Positions 46,339 to 55,084 of a stretch of 59,132 bases of DNA are shown one piece after another (position 1 is the stretch's first letter; each line of letters starts with the position of its first letter). Origin of the DNA: a virus (lineage: Duplodnaviria > Caudoviricetes); IMG/VR virus record IMGVR_UViG_3300024232_000011, positions 1-59,132 of that record; one strand, 5' to 3'. Below the pieces are notes generated by a model. The model saw only the letters and a program-made list of their open reading frames with translations. It had not been told where the DNA came from and ran no database searches. Position numbers and translations under genes: made by a program.

Positions 46339-46483
46339 GGGGGGCCGTCCTTATCGTCGTCATAGAAATCCGGAGGCTCATCCCATGCGGTCGCGTGCCT
46401 TTTGGCCTTGGCACGCTTGAAGCGAGCCTCCGCTGCTTCGCTGCGAGCATCATCATCGCCATATCGGCGTTCGTCGTCGTCCA

Positions 46484-47314
46484 TCAACCCGTCTCCATTT
46501 GCTGCGACACGATGTCCATGCCCGTGAGGCGGTCGATGGTGAGGCCGACTGCGGTGTCGAACTCATCCTTCATCCCGTTCTTGAGCCGCGACGTGACACG
46601 CGTGATCTCCTCTCGGCCGCACATCTGTTCGAACTCCGCTTGCGTGCCGCACGTGTCGGCTTCGGCTTTGAACTTTGCCAGCCATTCCGTGAACTTCTGT
46701 TGCGGGGTTTTCTCCGTCGTGGGCGCTGGTGGTGCCGGCTCTGCATGCGCCTCTATCGTCGTGCCTTCAAACGGTTCGCCAGCGGCGTTGAACTCCTCCC
46801 GACTATAGACGCCAAGGATCACGCCTGGCGTCCAGCGTCGTCCCCACACTCGCGTCCCGTGATAGACGAGTTGCTGGTCAGGCTGCCGTGCCCATACGTC
46901 ATTCGTCGTCTTGGCATCCTTCCACCAGACATCCACTGTGCGGGGGACGGTCTCGCCACGACGAGTTGCCGAGACGATGATCTTGCGTTGATCCTTCTCA
47001 CCATGAAACGTGTAATCGAATGAACCGATAATGGCGCCGCTTGCCTCGATCGCTGCCGCGACAAGCTTTCCCTCGAACATAAGCTTGCCTTTGATGCTCG
47101 ATGTGCACTGCGCCACAGCAAACGGTGACATCTGCCAGCGCATTGCTTGTTCGATTACCATCAGGCAGTCGCCCGGTGAGCCACGCAGATGCTCGGGCAT
47201 CATCTTGCCCTTGGCCATCATCTCGGCCAGCTTGACAGCCTGATCCATGTTCTGCGGGATCAGCGCATTGGATGCCGTCGCGAGAGGTGCCTCAGCTTTG
47301 ACGATGACGTTCAT
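46484..47314 (-). CDS. RecT/Red-beta-like ssDNA-annealing protein
   Basis: PEHLRGSPGDC...MSPFAVAQ...GKLMFEGKL...W..QPDQQL...PGVILGVY..EE. Confidence 0.85.
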   Translation of the reverse strand: MNVIVKAEAPLATASNALIPQNMDQAVKLAEMMAKGKMMPEHLRGSPGDCLMVIEQAMRWQMSPFAVAQCTSSIKGKLMFEGKLVAAAIEASGAIIGSFDYTFHGEKDQRKIIVSATRRGETVPRTVDVWWKDAKTTNDVWARQPDQQLVYHGTRVWGRRWTPGVILGVYSREEFNAAGEPFEGTTIEAHAEPAPPAPTTEKTPQQKFTEWLAKFKAEADTCGTQAEFEQMCGREEITRVTSRLKNGMKDEFDTAVGLTIDRLTGMDIVSQQMETG

Positions 47315-47797
47315 CTATCCATTCCTCCGTTGTGCGCCACGTCGAATGTTCCCCACTTGCTTTCTGCTAACTCCAAATTCCTTTGCAAGAACGGACATAG
47401 GTGCGGAAGTCGTCTTGATAATGTTAACCTGATCTGATGACAGTTTCGATCTAGCGTGCCTTTCTCCAGAAAGCGCTACCGTTTTCCGCCTTCCTTTCGC
47501 GTCCGTATCGGCAACGTTATCAGCCTGCGTCCCTAGAAACAGATGTGCCGGATTGACGCATAACGGATTGTCACACATATGAAGAACGTGCATCGCGCCG
47601 GCATTCTCAAATCTGTTCAGAAACCATGACATTCGAGACGCTTTGATGTTTGTTCCTTTGTACCAAAATACTCCACATATGTATGATGGATTTTTCATCG
47701 ACTGGCGAGACGCGCCTTTCCAATTCCAGCATTCATTGAATGCGCCAAAGGCTACGTGCTTAGAAAAGCGCCAGTGTAGGGCATCGCTGTATTCCAT
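47315..47797 (-). CDS. HNH endonuclease with C-terminal HTH
   Basis: CWNWKG, VLHMCDNPLCVNPAHLFLGTQADN, LAKEFGVSRKQV. Confidence 0.93.
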   Translation of the reverse strand: MEYSDALHWRFSKHVAFGAFNECWNWKGASRQSMKNPSYICGVFWYKGTNIKASRMSWFLNRFENAGAMHVLHMCDNPLCVNPAHLFLGTQADNVADTDAKGRRKTVALSGERHARSKLSSDQVNIIKTTSAPMSVLAKEFGVSRKQVGNIRRGAQRRNG

Positions 47798-47800
47798 GCG

Positions 47801-48331
47801 TTATGTCCCCTTAATCATGATGCTGGTGAGACCGTTCGAAAGTTCAGCGCCTTCGATCACAACACCTTCTTTGAGATCGTCCGCAAGCGCCGACAGGCTC
47901 AACTCCAACTCCATCTCGCGTAGTTTTTCGAGGCTGTATCTGCGATATTCAGCGGGAACCTTGGAAGCGTCGGTCACGAGCACTGAAGCCGACCCGGCGC
48001 GCAGCGATACAGTGAGCGAGGCCGCCTCAATCTTTTTCTTCCCCAACACGTCAAGCGCCGAGAATGCGATCCCGCGTAATTGCTGGGAACGTGTCTCAAA
48101 GCGCTTCGCACGCTGTGCGGTTTCCTGCGCCATCTTCTTTGCAGCCGCTGACAGAGCATCCGCTTCCCGCGCTGCTTGGCACACGGCCACGATCGCGCCT
48201 TCCACCGCCGCAGCTTCCTCCGCCAGATCGTCCGCGATATCGATGGCGATGTCGGGGTCTTCCTCGCGCAGACGACGTGCGCCAGCATGCAGCGCGGCCA
48301 GAGCCTGGGTGAGTTGGTATTGCGTGCTCAC
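47801..48331 (-). CDS. Siphovirus Gp157-like protein
   Basis: GTG start, GGAGG RBS; RAKRFE...KKIEAASLTVSLR...VIEGAELSNG; next to the RecT-like gene. Confidence 0.8.
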   Translation of the reverse strand: MSTQYQLTQALAALHAGARRLREEDPDIAIDIADDLAEEAAAVEGAIVAVCQAAREADALSAAAKKMAQETAQRAKRFETRSQQLRGIAFSALDVLGKKKIEAASLTVSLRAGSASVLVTDASKVPAEYRRYSLEKLREMELELSLSALADDLKEGVVIEGAELSNGLTSIMIKGT

Positions 48332-48615
48332 GTCGGACACCTCGCCGCCATCTCGGCGTGAAACGACACGACGTTGGCGACCGGCCGCATCACCCCCCGA
48401 ACCACGCCAAACCCCCCAGCCGGCACACGCGGAGCGGCAGCGAACGCCTCGGTCTGGAGGTTCGTGAGGCGTGCCCGATCCGCCGTCCACTGCCGCGCCA
48501 TGGTGCCCACCGCGTCGGCCCAGGTCAGTAGCGTCGCCTTGCGCTCGGGATCGCGTTCGGTGCGCCAGGCGGACATGATCGCGTCGCGGGTTTGGAACGC
48601 TTGGGCGGGGGTCAT
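48328..48615 (-). CDS. Hypothetical protein
   Basis: Coupled ORF. Confidence 0.55.
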   Translation of the reverse strand: MTPAQAFQTRDAIMSAWRTERDPERKATLLTWADAVGTMARQWTADRARLTNLQTEAFAAAPRVPAGGFGVVRGVMRPVANVVSFHAEMAARCPT

Positions 48616-48845
48616 GGCTGCTGCAATTCCTTGATGGCGGCGACAAGTTCAGCCCGCGCCTTGTCAGCTGCGTCCCAGTCACGCTTCATGGCTTTATCGG
48701 ATGCTCCCTCTCGGCTGTCTGTCTGCCATGCTCTGCCGATGGCGCTTTCAAACTGAAAGAACGCTAGTCCAGCACGCGTCTTCTTCCATTCGGTGGCAGC
48801 GTGTTGCATTTCCCAGACTTCTTCGTTTGTCACATCGCCCTCCAT
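48612..48845 (-). CDS. Hypothetical protein
   Basis: Coupled ORF. Confidence 0.5.
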   Translation of the reverse strand: MEGDVTNEEVWEMQHAATEWKKTRAGLAFFQFESAIGRAWQTDSREGASDKAMKRDWDAADKARAELVAAIKELQQP

Positions 48846-49456
48846 TCCAAATCTGCCGCATCATCCCGCGCGGTCGTCGCCTCCGTCAGCGCGGCGCAGA
48901 GGCGTTCGCGATCGGCGCGAAGAGTGCCGATTTCCTTGCATGCTGTTAGCAGGTCGTGGTGAGCGCAATCGAGCGCTATCGACATTTCGTCAATCTCGGT
49001 GTGCAGCGCGTCTTCCTGCTCGGGGGTCAGGACTGGACGCAAGTAACGCATACCGTCGGCTGCGTCCTCTCCCTCAAGCCATGGCTCACCGATGAAATAC
49101 CACCGACCCAGAGCATGTGCACGGACTGATAGAACCCAACTGGAGATTACGCGCGTCTTGTCTTTTCGCTCCAGCCAATGCGCGCCGGCCTTCGTCGGGT
49201 CAGGCGGGATACATGCGTCGGTCATCCGATTGCCCTCCGCAGCATGAGCAGAAACGCGAGGCAGCCGATCGCCATGAAGGCGGGGAATGTCATGGTTCCA
49301 TACCCTCATCTTCGCTGACCGGAATGGCGTTTGGTTTGGGAACAAGCCAACCAGGATCTCCGGTTTCATGATCTGGCCATATGCCCCACATGACATCTTC
49401 TCTATGGTATATCTGACAATCTGGGTAGTCGGTGCGGCAGTAACCATCCTTCAGCA

Positions 49457-49741
49457 TCACACCGCCTCCTCCGGCCCATGCGCCCCGCGCTCGATGCGCC
49501 CACGCTCCGCCTCGATCGTTCCGGCGCAATCGCGCAACGCCGCAGCAATCTCCGTCGGGCTCGTCACGACACCGAGTTGCAACCAGTCGTTCGCATCGTC
49601 GAGTCCCTCGATCGTCCGTGCCGCGTCGAGACACGCTGCGGCCAATGCTCGGTGGGTCTGCGCGGCGGCGACTTCGGCGCGCGTCATGTCGCGGGGCGCG
49701 GGGTCGTCGATGTTTCTGTAGGCGGCGAGGGGGTCGGTCAT
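49457..49741 (-). CDS. Hypothetical protein
   Basis: GGAGG RBS; coupled ORF. Confidence 0.55.
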   Translation of the reverse strand: MTDPLAAYRNIDDPAPRDMTRAEVAAAQTHRALAAACLDAARTIEGLDDANDWLQLGVVTSPTEIAAALRDCAGTIEAERGRIERGAHGPEEAV

Positions 49742-49947
49742 GGCTCACCTCCAGCAGCAGCGTATACCTCTCGCGCCTTCTTCGCTTTCGCGAGACGCTT
49801 CTCAGCGCATGCCTTGCAGTAGGCGCCATACGACTCGTTGCGAACTCCACGAAGGATGCCAATGCCGGGCTTGGGGCATTCACGGCATTGGCCCACAGGA
49901 TCGAACCATCGCACCTGATCCGAGTATTCCACCGCTCTCTCCATCAT
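49738..49947 (-). CDS. Small Zn-finger-like protein, first gene of the leftward operon
   Basis: CREC...YCKAC. Confidence 0.6.
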   Translation of the reverse strand: MMERAVEYSDQVRWFDPVGQCRECPKPGIGILRGVRNESYGAYCKACAEKRLAKAKKAREVYAAAGGEP

Positions 49948-49976
49948 GCGCCGGGGATGCCGGCTGGTGTGTGGAG

Positions 49977-50042
49977 ATTATCGCCAACCGCGATGCGAAT
50001 GTCAATAGCCCATTGACAGGTTTTATCGCCGTTCGCTATATA
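49977..50042. promoter_or_regulatory. Divergent promoters, each overlapped by a 17-bp operator-like site
   Basis: Leftward TTGACA-17-GATAAT; rightward TTGACA-18-TATATA; sites TATCGCCAACCGCGATG (49979-49995) and TATCGCCGTTCGCTATA (50024-50040). Confidence 0.75.
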
Positions 50043-50048
50043 AGGAGC

Positions 50049-50291
50049 ATGACGCAGCCCATCCACCCTTTGCGCCGCTGGCTGTTCGAGAACCAACAGC
50101 GCATTGCTGACCTAGGTGCCGCGATCGGCGTCTCCCAGGGCAACATCAGCGAATGGATGACAGGAAAGAAGATGCCAAGCTGGCAGGCTATGGTGAAAGT
50201 GGCTGAGGCCACTGGTGGCGCGGTGCAGCCGAATGACTTCGTGGGCTATGTAGCGTCCAAACATTCTGAGCGTGTCAAGGCCGCCCAATGA
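50049..50291 (+). CDS. cro: Cro-like HTH repressor
   Basis: AAGGAG RBS; LGAAIGVSQGNISEW..G..MPS...VAEATGGAVQPNDF. Confidence 0.85.
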   Translation: MTQPIHPLRRWLFENQQRIADLGAAIGVSQGNISEWMTGKKMPSWQAMVKVAEATGGAVQPNDFVGYVASKHSERVKAAQ

Positions 50292-50542
50292 CCCGCCCCC
50301 AACGCCCCTGGACCGATCCCACCGAGGACACCACCCTCGCGCGCCTATGGATGCAGGAGCCGCAGCTTTCCACCCGGGAGATCGCGGAGAAGATGGAACG
50401 CACGAAGAACGCCATGCCCCGGCCGTGCGCACCGTCTCGGGCTGCCACCACGCCGTTCGCCGATCAAGGCCGCCGTGCCGCGTCCGTCGCATGCTGTGCG
50501 TGTGGCGGCGGGGGTGTCTACGTTGCCGAGACTGCCGAGTGA
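50288..50542 (+). CDS. GcrA N-terminal-like HTH fragment
   Basis: WTD...LARLW.....STREIAEKMERTKNA. Confidence 0.55.
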   Translation: MTRPQRPWTDPTEDTTLARLWMQEPQLSTREIAEKMERTKNAMPRPCAPSRAATTPFADQGRRAASVACCACGGGGVYVAETAE

Positions 50543-50570
50543 GTCGCTTTAACACAAGGAGGGCGCTATA

Positions 50571-50789
50571 GTGCCGAAAGTTCGCATTACGGCCACGGCG
50601 ACGGTAGAATATTGCCAAGTTCGTGAAATACCGGACGAAGCACTAGCCGCTTATACCGCAGCAGTTGACCGCAATGAGCATTACCACTGGTTTTCCGATT
50701 TCATCGATCGTTATCTCGATTCGGCAGACGTTTGCGACGCTGGGAGCTATGAGGATGTCGAAGTTACGCTCGTCCATCCTGCTGACTGA
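50571..50789 (+). CDS. Hypothetical acidic protein
   Basis: AGGAGG RBS. Confidence 0.65.
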   Translation: MPKVRITATATVEYCQVREIPDEALAAYTAAVDRNEHYHWFSDFIDRYLDSADVCDAGSYEDVEVTLVHPAD

Positions 50790-50813
50790 ACGCTTTAACC
50801 CGAAGGACCCCCG

Positions 50814-51050
50814 ATGCCCGATATCCTGCGCCTGACGTTTGACTTCCCGCTGCCGGCTATGGACTTGTTCGAGCGGTCGGCGCTCATCACGTCCGTTTCC
50901 GTCCCCGTTGCGGCGTTCAGCGCCAGCATGCAAGGATCGGGGATGAAGTTCGATCTCTCCCACGAAATCATCCCCGAGCACGCTGTGGCGCCGGCACCGA
51001 AGAAGCGTGTGCGGAAGCCGCGCGTTGTCGCAGTGCAGCAGGCGGCATAG
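50814..51050 (+). CDS. Hypothetical protein
   Basis: AAGGA RBS. Confidence 0.6.
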   Translation: MPDILRLTFDFPLPAMDLFERSALITSVSVPVAAFSASMQGSGMKFDLSHEIIPEHAVAPAPKKRVRKPRVVAVQQAA

Positions 51051-51623
51051 ATGCTCGACAGCGCCATGCTAGGTCGGCCGAAGTACGAGCGCCGCGAAGG
51101 CGAGCGTTACTATACCGAACCATGGGTAACACGCGCACTGTTAGCGAAAGTGCGTTTCCGTGGTCTGATCTGGGAGCCGTGCGCAGGGCGTGGCGATATT
51201 GCCGACGTGCTATCTGGCGCTGGATACAAAGTCATGGCCAGCGACATAGAAGGAGACCGTCTTGGCTGCAAAGGAGCGGCTGAGACGGACTTTCTTACGT
51301 GTGGCTCGCCAGTAGATGGCGTATTCTCGATCGTCACTAACCCTCCGTACGACAAAGCCGAGGGGTTCTTGCGCAAGGCGCTGGAACTGACAGCACGATC
51401 GTCAGGTATGGTCGCCATGCTGTTCAGGAACGAGTACGATTGTGCCGCCAGCCGACGCGACCTATTCGAGTGCGAGGCGTTTGCGGCGAAGCTGGTACTG
51501 ACCAAGCGGCCACGATGGCTTGACCCCGACGCGGTTCATGTCGCTAGCCCCAGACATAATTTTGCTTGGATGCTGTGGGATCATAATCATAGCGGTCCGC
51601 CAAACATATTGTATGGGCCATGA
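51051..51623 (+). CDS. Phage DNA adenine methyltransferase
   Basis: YYTEPW, IWEPCAGRG (motif I), IVTNPPY (motif IV). Confidence 0.88.
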   Translation: MLDSAMLGRPKYERREGERYYTEPWVTRALLAKVRFRGLIWEPCAGRGDIADVLSGAGYKVMASDIEGDRLGCKGAAETDFLTCGSPVDGVFSIVTNPPYDKAEGFLRKALELTARSSGMVAMLFRNEYDCAASRRDLFECEAFAAKLVLTKRPRWLDPDAVHVASPRHNFAWMLWDHNHSGPPNILYGP

Positions 51624-52249
51624 ATATGATCCATTCCAGAAAAGACGCAAAGAAGACAAACTCTCGATTTTATTTTACCGGCCGAGCGTGTGGTCATGGC
51701 CATATCGCAAAACGATACACTGTGAACGCAATGTGTTCTGCGTGTTTGGCGGCGCGAAGGAACACGCCGGAAGGTAAGGAATATCAAAAAAAGTACAGCA
51801 ATTCCGCGTCTGGGATGCTTTCTAAGAAACGCCACGCATCTTCGGATGTTGCAGCAGCCAGGGCAATTAGATACAAAGTGGACGGGCGGGCTCTAAAATG
51901 GCAACAGAGACACCGGCAATCTGGTAAGAAGAGAAAAACGGTCGCTGCTTGGTGCAAAAGAAATCGCCACAAAACAGCCGCGTGGTGGGCGCTATATGAC
52001 GCGCAGAAAGCGAAGGCCATCCCTCTCTGGCTGACAAAAACTCAGAAAGCTGAGATTATCGCAATTTATTATGCCGCTAGACAGGCTGGAATGACGGTTG
52101 ATCATATCGTTCCGTTGCGCGGCCAAAGTGTTTGCGGCTTGCACGTTCCTTGGAATTTACAGATTCTGCCGCGTCAGGAAAATTCTCGTAAGGGCAATAG
52201 AATGGACCATCACCACTCCGGGCCAGCGCATATGATGTGGGGGCCATGA
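51620..52249 (+). CDS. HNH homing endonuclease
   Basis: YFTGRACGHGH...CSAC; TVDHIVPLRGQSVCGLHVPWNLQIL...N..K.N. Confidence 0.93.
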   Translation: MNMIHSRKDAKKTNSRFYFTGRACGHGHIAKRYTVNAMCSACLAARRNTPEGKEYQKKYSNSASGMLSKKRHASSDVAAARAIRYKVDGRALKWQQRHRQSGKKRKTVAAWCKRNRHKTAAWWALYDAQKAKAIPLWLTKTQKAEIIAIYYAARQAGMTVDHIVPLRGQSVCGLHVPWNLQILPRQENSRKGNRMDHHHSGPAHMMWGP

Positions 52250-52484
52250 TCCACTCCGACGTAGAAACCCGCGCCATCCTCCTCCGCGACCGCGTGGAGG
52301 CATGCCCAGCCACGCGCATTATCGACGCGGATAAGGCATGGGAGTACTTTCTCGCGATGGCGCGGGTGCTGGTGGCGCGTGAGGAGCGGCGGGGGTGATC
52401 CCTACCCGTCGCCCGCTGCGCCAGATCACGCTGTGCGTCGCGTTGGTGTGCGTGCCGGCGGTGTTGAGTTGGTGGGCGTGGTAA

Positions 52485-52796
52485 ATGCCCATCCGATCCG
52501 AGATGCGCGCGTTCTATCCCGCAGAATGGCCACTCATCAGCCTATGGGTGCGTGTGTGCGCTTGCTGGCGATGCGAGTGGTGCGATGCCGTTCAGGGCAA
52601 TCCGCATCCCATCACCGGATCTAGGGTCGTACTAACGGTTGCGCATGTGCTCAACGACGATCCTGCCGATGTACGGCCGGCAAATCTCGCGGCGCTTTGT
52701 CAGCGTTGTCACAATCGTCATGACGGCCCTTCGCGCCGCGCTGGCATCAGGTATCGTGCCAATGCGAGGATTGGGCAGAAGTCGTGGCTAGAGTAA
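52485..52796 (+). CDS. Small HNH-like protein
   Basis: RCEWC...VVLTVAHV...NLAALCQRCHNRHD. Confidence 0.85.
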   Translation: MPIRSEMRAFYPAEWPLISLWVRVCACWRCEWCDAVQGNPHPITGSRVVLTVAHVLNDDPADVRPANLAALCQRCHNRHDGPSRRAGIRYRANARIGQKSWLE

Positions 52797-52872
52797 AAGA
52801 AGAGGCCCGGGAGCGAGGCTCACCGGGCCAGTTTGTTAGGGGAGAAACGTCAGGAGACAACCGCTCCGCCAC
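52795..52872 (-). ncRNA. suhB/alpha-r8 (MmgR)-like anti-SD sRNA
   Basis: Minus strand GACGTTTCTCCCCTAACAAACT, then GGCCCGG..CCGGGCC-TCTTCTTTT terminator; TTGACG at 52904-52899. Confidence 0.65.
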
Positions 52873-52918
52873 CGACATTGCGCCGCAGCCGGCATGAACG
52901 TCAAAGGTGAAATAAGGC

Positions 52919-53398
52919 ATGGCCTGGAATTTTACGCCGGAGGAATTGCTTCAGATCGCGGTTTGCAAATACCTCCGCGTAGCCCTCCCTTCCGGCGCCG
53001 TCATACGATCTGTCGATCATGGCGTGAAGATGAACGCCAGTAGACGTCAAAAGCTTCACGCTAGGGGCGTTCGGGCTGGACTGAGCGATATGATGATTTG
53101 GTGGAACGGACGCCACGTTCATATTGAACTGAAAGTCGATACCCCACAATCGGAAGCCCAGAAAGAGTTTCAGAAGCTCCTGGAAGCGCAGGGCTTCCCC
53201 TACGCCATATGCCGGTCTCTGGAGGACGTGGAGGCCGCTCTACGGGGCTGGGGATGGCCTGTCGGTGCTAGCGTGCAGGTGCCGGCGTTCGAACTGACGG
53301 CGCCACCGAAGAAAAAGCTAGTTTCGAAGCCACGTGAGCCACGGCAGGTGAAGACGGTTGCGGCTCGGCGCTTTGCGGATGCGTTTAATCGGCGGTAG
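52919..53398 (+). CDS. VRR-NUC (PD-(D/E)xK) nuclease
   Basis: E..LQ, GVRAGLSD, IELK, QSEAQKEF, ICRSLEDV. Confidence 0.9.
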   Translation: MAWNFTPEELLQIAVCKYLRVALPSGAVIRSVDHGVKMNASRRQKLHARGVRAGLSDMMIWWNGRHVHIELKVDTPQSEAQKEFQKLLEAQGFPYAICRSLEDVEAALRGWGWPVGASVQVPAFELTAPPKKKLVSKPREPRQVKTVAARRFADAFNRR

Positions 53399-53780
53399 GT
53401 GGCTGTCTCTCCAGCCTGTCACCGTTGGGCCAGCTACTGGATTCTACGGTTGTCTCCTGATTAAGCACTGGCTGCCCGGGGCGGCTCTTGCCGGATATTG
53501 CGTCCCCGTTCGGTCGGTGTTTGCGTCCTTTCTAGACGTGGAGTCCGGCACCGAATATGCGGCGATTTCGTATCGGAAGTCTACGCAAGCGCTCGAACGT
53601 GTGTGCGTCTCATAAACCACCCTCTATGAGGATTGGTGCTCAGGAGTCACCTGAACGGGCCAGACGCGGTGTTGCCCCCTGTCCGATGGGGTAGCTGACT
53701 AGGCTGCTTTCTCTCACGCGCTTGCGTAGGTTTCCGTCTCCTGGACCGCCTCCCCAGCGTTGCCAGAGAGGCGGGTTATG
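53399..53780. ncRNA. Structured non-coding region, probably two RNAs on opposite strands
   Basis: Minus strand ACCGT..ACGGT-GACA-GGCTG-GAGAGA-CAGCC; plus-strand 18-bp helix 53575-53592/53718-53735 enclosing several hairpins. Confidence 0.5.
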
Positions 53781-54044
53781 CGCCCGGCACTATGCCGAAC
53801 GCGATGGCGGCCGACGGTCGATCAGTACCAGGTATTGCTTTCCAAAAACACGATGGTCTGGGTGGGACATCGGAAACTCTCGCGCATGGACGACGGTCCT
53901 CGCATGAACATCGGCTGTCTGCTCCCAATGAGCATCTCAGCCGGTTGGCACAACGTCTCGACCTACACATCCTCCCACACCACAATCCTCCCCGTCAAGC
54001 AAAATCCGCTTGCATCCGCTCGCAAACGCTACAATGATGTGGTT

Positions 54045-54203
54045 ATGGCAAGAACCGTTCATCTAGGCGTCCGCGTGTCGCCGGACATCAAGGAAGCGCT
54101 CGCCGAGATCGCGTCCGCCGAGGATCGCAAGCTTGCGGCGCTGGTGGAGGAGGCGCTGCGGCGATGGTTGAAGGGGCGGGACGTGAAGGAGGAGGGGACG
54201 TGA
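54045..54203 (+). CDS. RHH/Arc-like protein
   Basis: VHLGVRVSPDIKEALAEIA..EDRKLAALVEEALRRWL. Confidence 0.8.
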   Translation: MARTVHLGVRVSPDIKEALAEIASAEDRKLAALVEEALRRWLKGRDVKEEGT

Positions 54204-54427
54204 GCGACAAGCATGAACTCCTGATCGAAGGCGTCCATCGTCTCGTCTGCACCTACACCAACTGGCGGAATGAAACGTCTGTTCGGAAATTAGATCCGGC
54301 CGCTATCTGGTTCGGAACTACCGCATTCCATCCAGAACCACAGTGGCTCATGAACGCATGGGACATAGAGAAAGAAGTGTTTCGCGACTTCGCGTTGCGC
54401 GACATGAAAGACGTGACCTATGAGTGA
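54200..54427 (+). CDS. Stand-alone WYL-like domain protein
   Basis: YTNWRNETSVRKLDP..IWFG...HPEPQWLMNAWDIEKEVFRDFAL. Confidence 0.75.
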   Translation: MSDKHELLIEGVHRLVCTYTNWRNETSVRKLDPAAIWFGTTAFHPEPQWLMNAWDIEKEVFRDFALRDMKDVTYE

Positions 54428-54629
54428 CCATGACCCCCTCTCCTGGCGCCGCTACGGTCTCGCCTGGTTCGCTGGCCCCTTCACCGTCTCGCGCATGTCG
54501 CACCACTTGCACCGGCCGTGGGTACTGGGCCGAGACGGGCGCGCGCTGGACGGACGGTACGAGTCGGCAAGATTGGCGATGAACCGGGCGGAGATGCTTT
54601 GGGTGAAGGAGGGGGAGAATGTCGGATAA
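54420..54629 (+). CDS. Hypothetical protein
   Basis: Overlapping, coupled ORF. Confidence 0.55.
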   Translation: MSDHDPLSWRRYGLAWFAGPFTVSRMSHHLHRPWVLGRDGRALDGRYESARLAMNRAEMLWVKEGENVG

Positions 54630-54870
54630 CACATTATCCTGCCTCAATTGCCGATTGGCAAAGTGGCAGCGCACGAAATCTGAGAATCTCCATCCGTTTG
54701 GTGATGGAAGGTGTCAATGGCAAATGCCGGAGATTGCGATGCCAAAGTCTAGATATTGGCTCGGATTTGAGCAATCGATGCCTAAAGTTTCTGAGAGTAG
54801 TATCAGTCGGAAAAGGCCGCACACTGGTTGTCCATGTTGGGAGGCAAAAAATGTCGGAACGCACGGTTGA
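54619..54870 (+). CDS. Cys-containing hypothetical protein (low GC)
   Basis: CLNC...GRC...GCPCW. Confidence 0.6.
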   Translation: MSDNTLSCLNCRLAKWQRTKSENLHPFGDGRCQWQMPEIAMPKSRYWLGFEQSMPKVSESSISRKRPHTGCPCWEAKNVGTHG

Positions 54871-55084
54871 TGACGTGATCCGAGAATATCGGAAATATTT
54901 CGCCGGCCCCCATCGCGCTGCCAATGAGCCGGATCTGAAGTTGCTTGTGGCCGAGATCGACGCGCTGCGAGCGGCGGTGCGTGACGCCTACGCCGAAGCA
55001 GATCCATTCGAGGTTTTTTGGATCGAACGGCATGAAGCCATCATCGCTCGTGCTAAGGAGGCAGAGAATGTCGGAACTTTCTGA
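54851..55084 (+). CDS. Hypothetical protein
   Basis: GGAGG RBS; MSERTVDD. Confidence 0.55.
   Translation: MSERTVDDVIREYRKYFAGPHRAANEPDLKLLVAEIDALRAAVRDAYAEADPFEVFWIERHEAIIARAKEAENVGTF

Noticed and set aside
52850-53460. Transposon or invertible segment defined by the 14-bp inverted repeat
   Set aside because: No transposase or invertase and no target duplication seen; both copies sit inside RNA-like structures, so RNA pairing is preferred.
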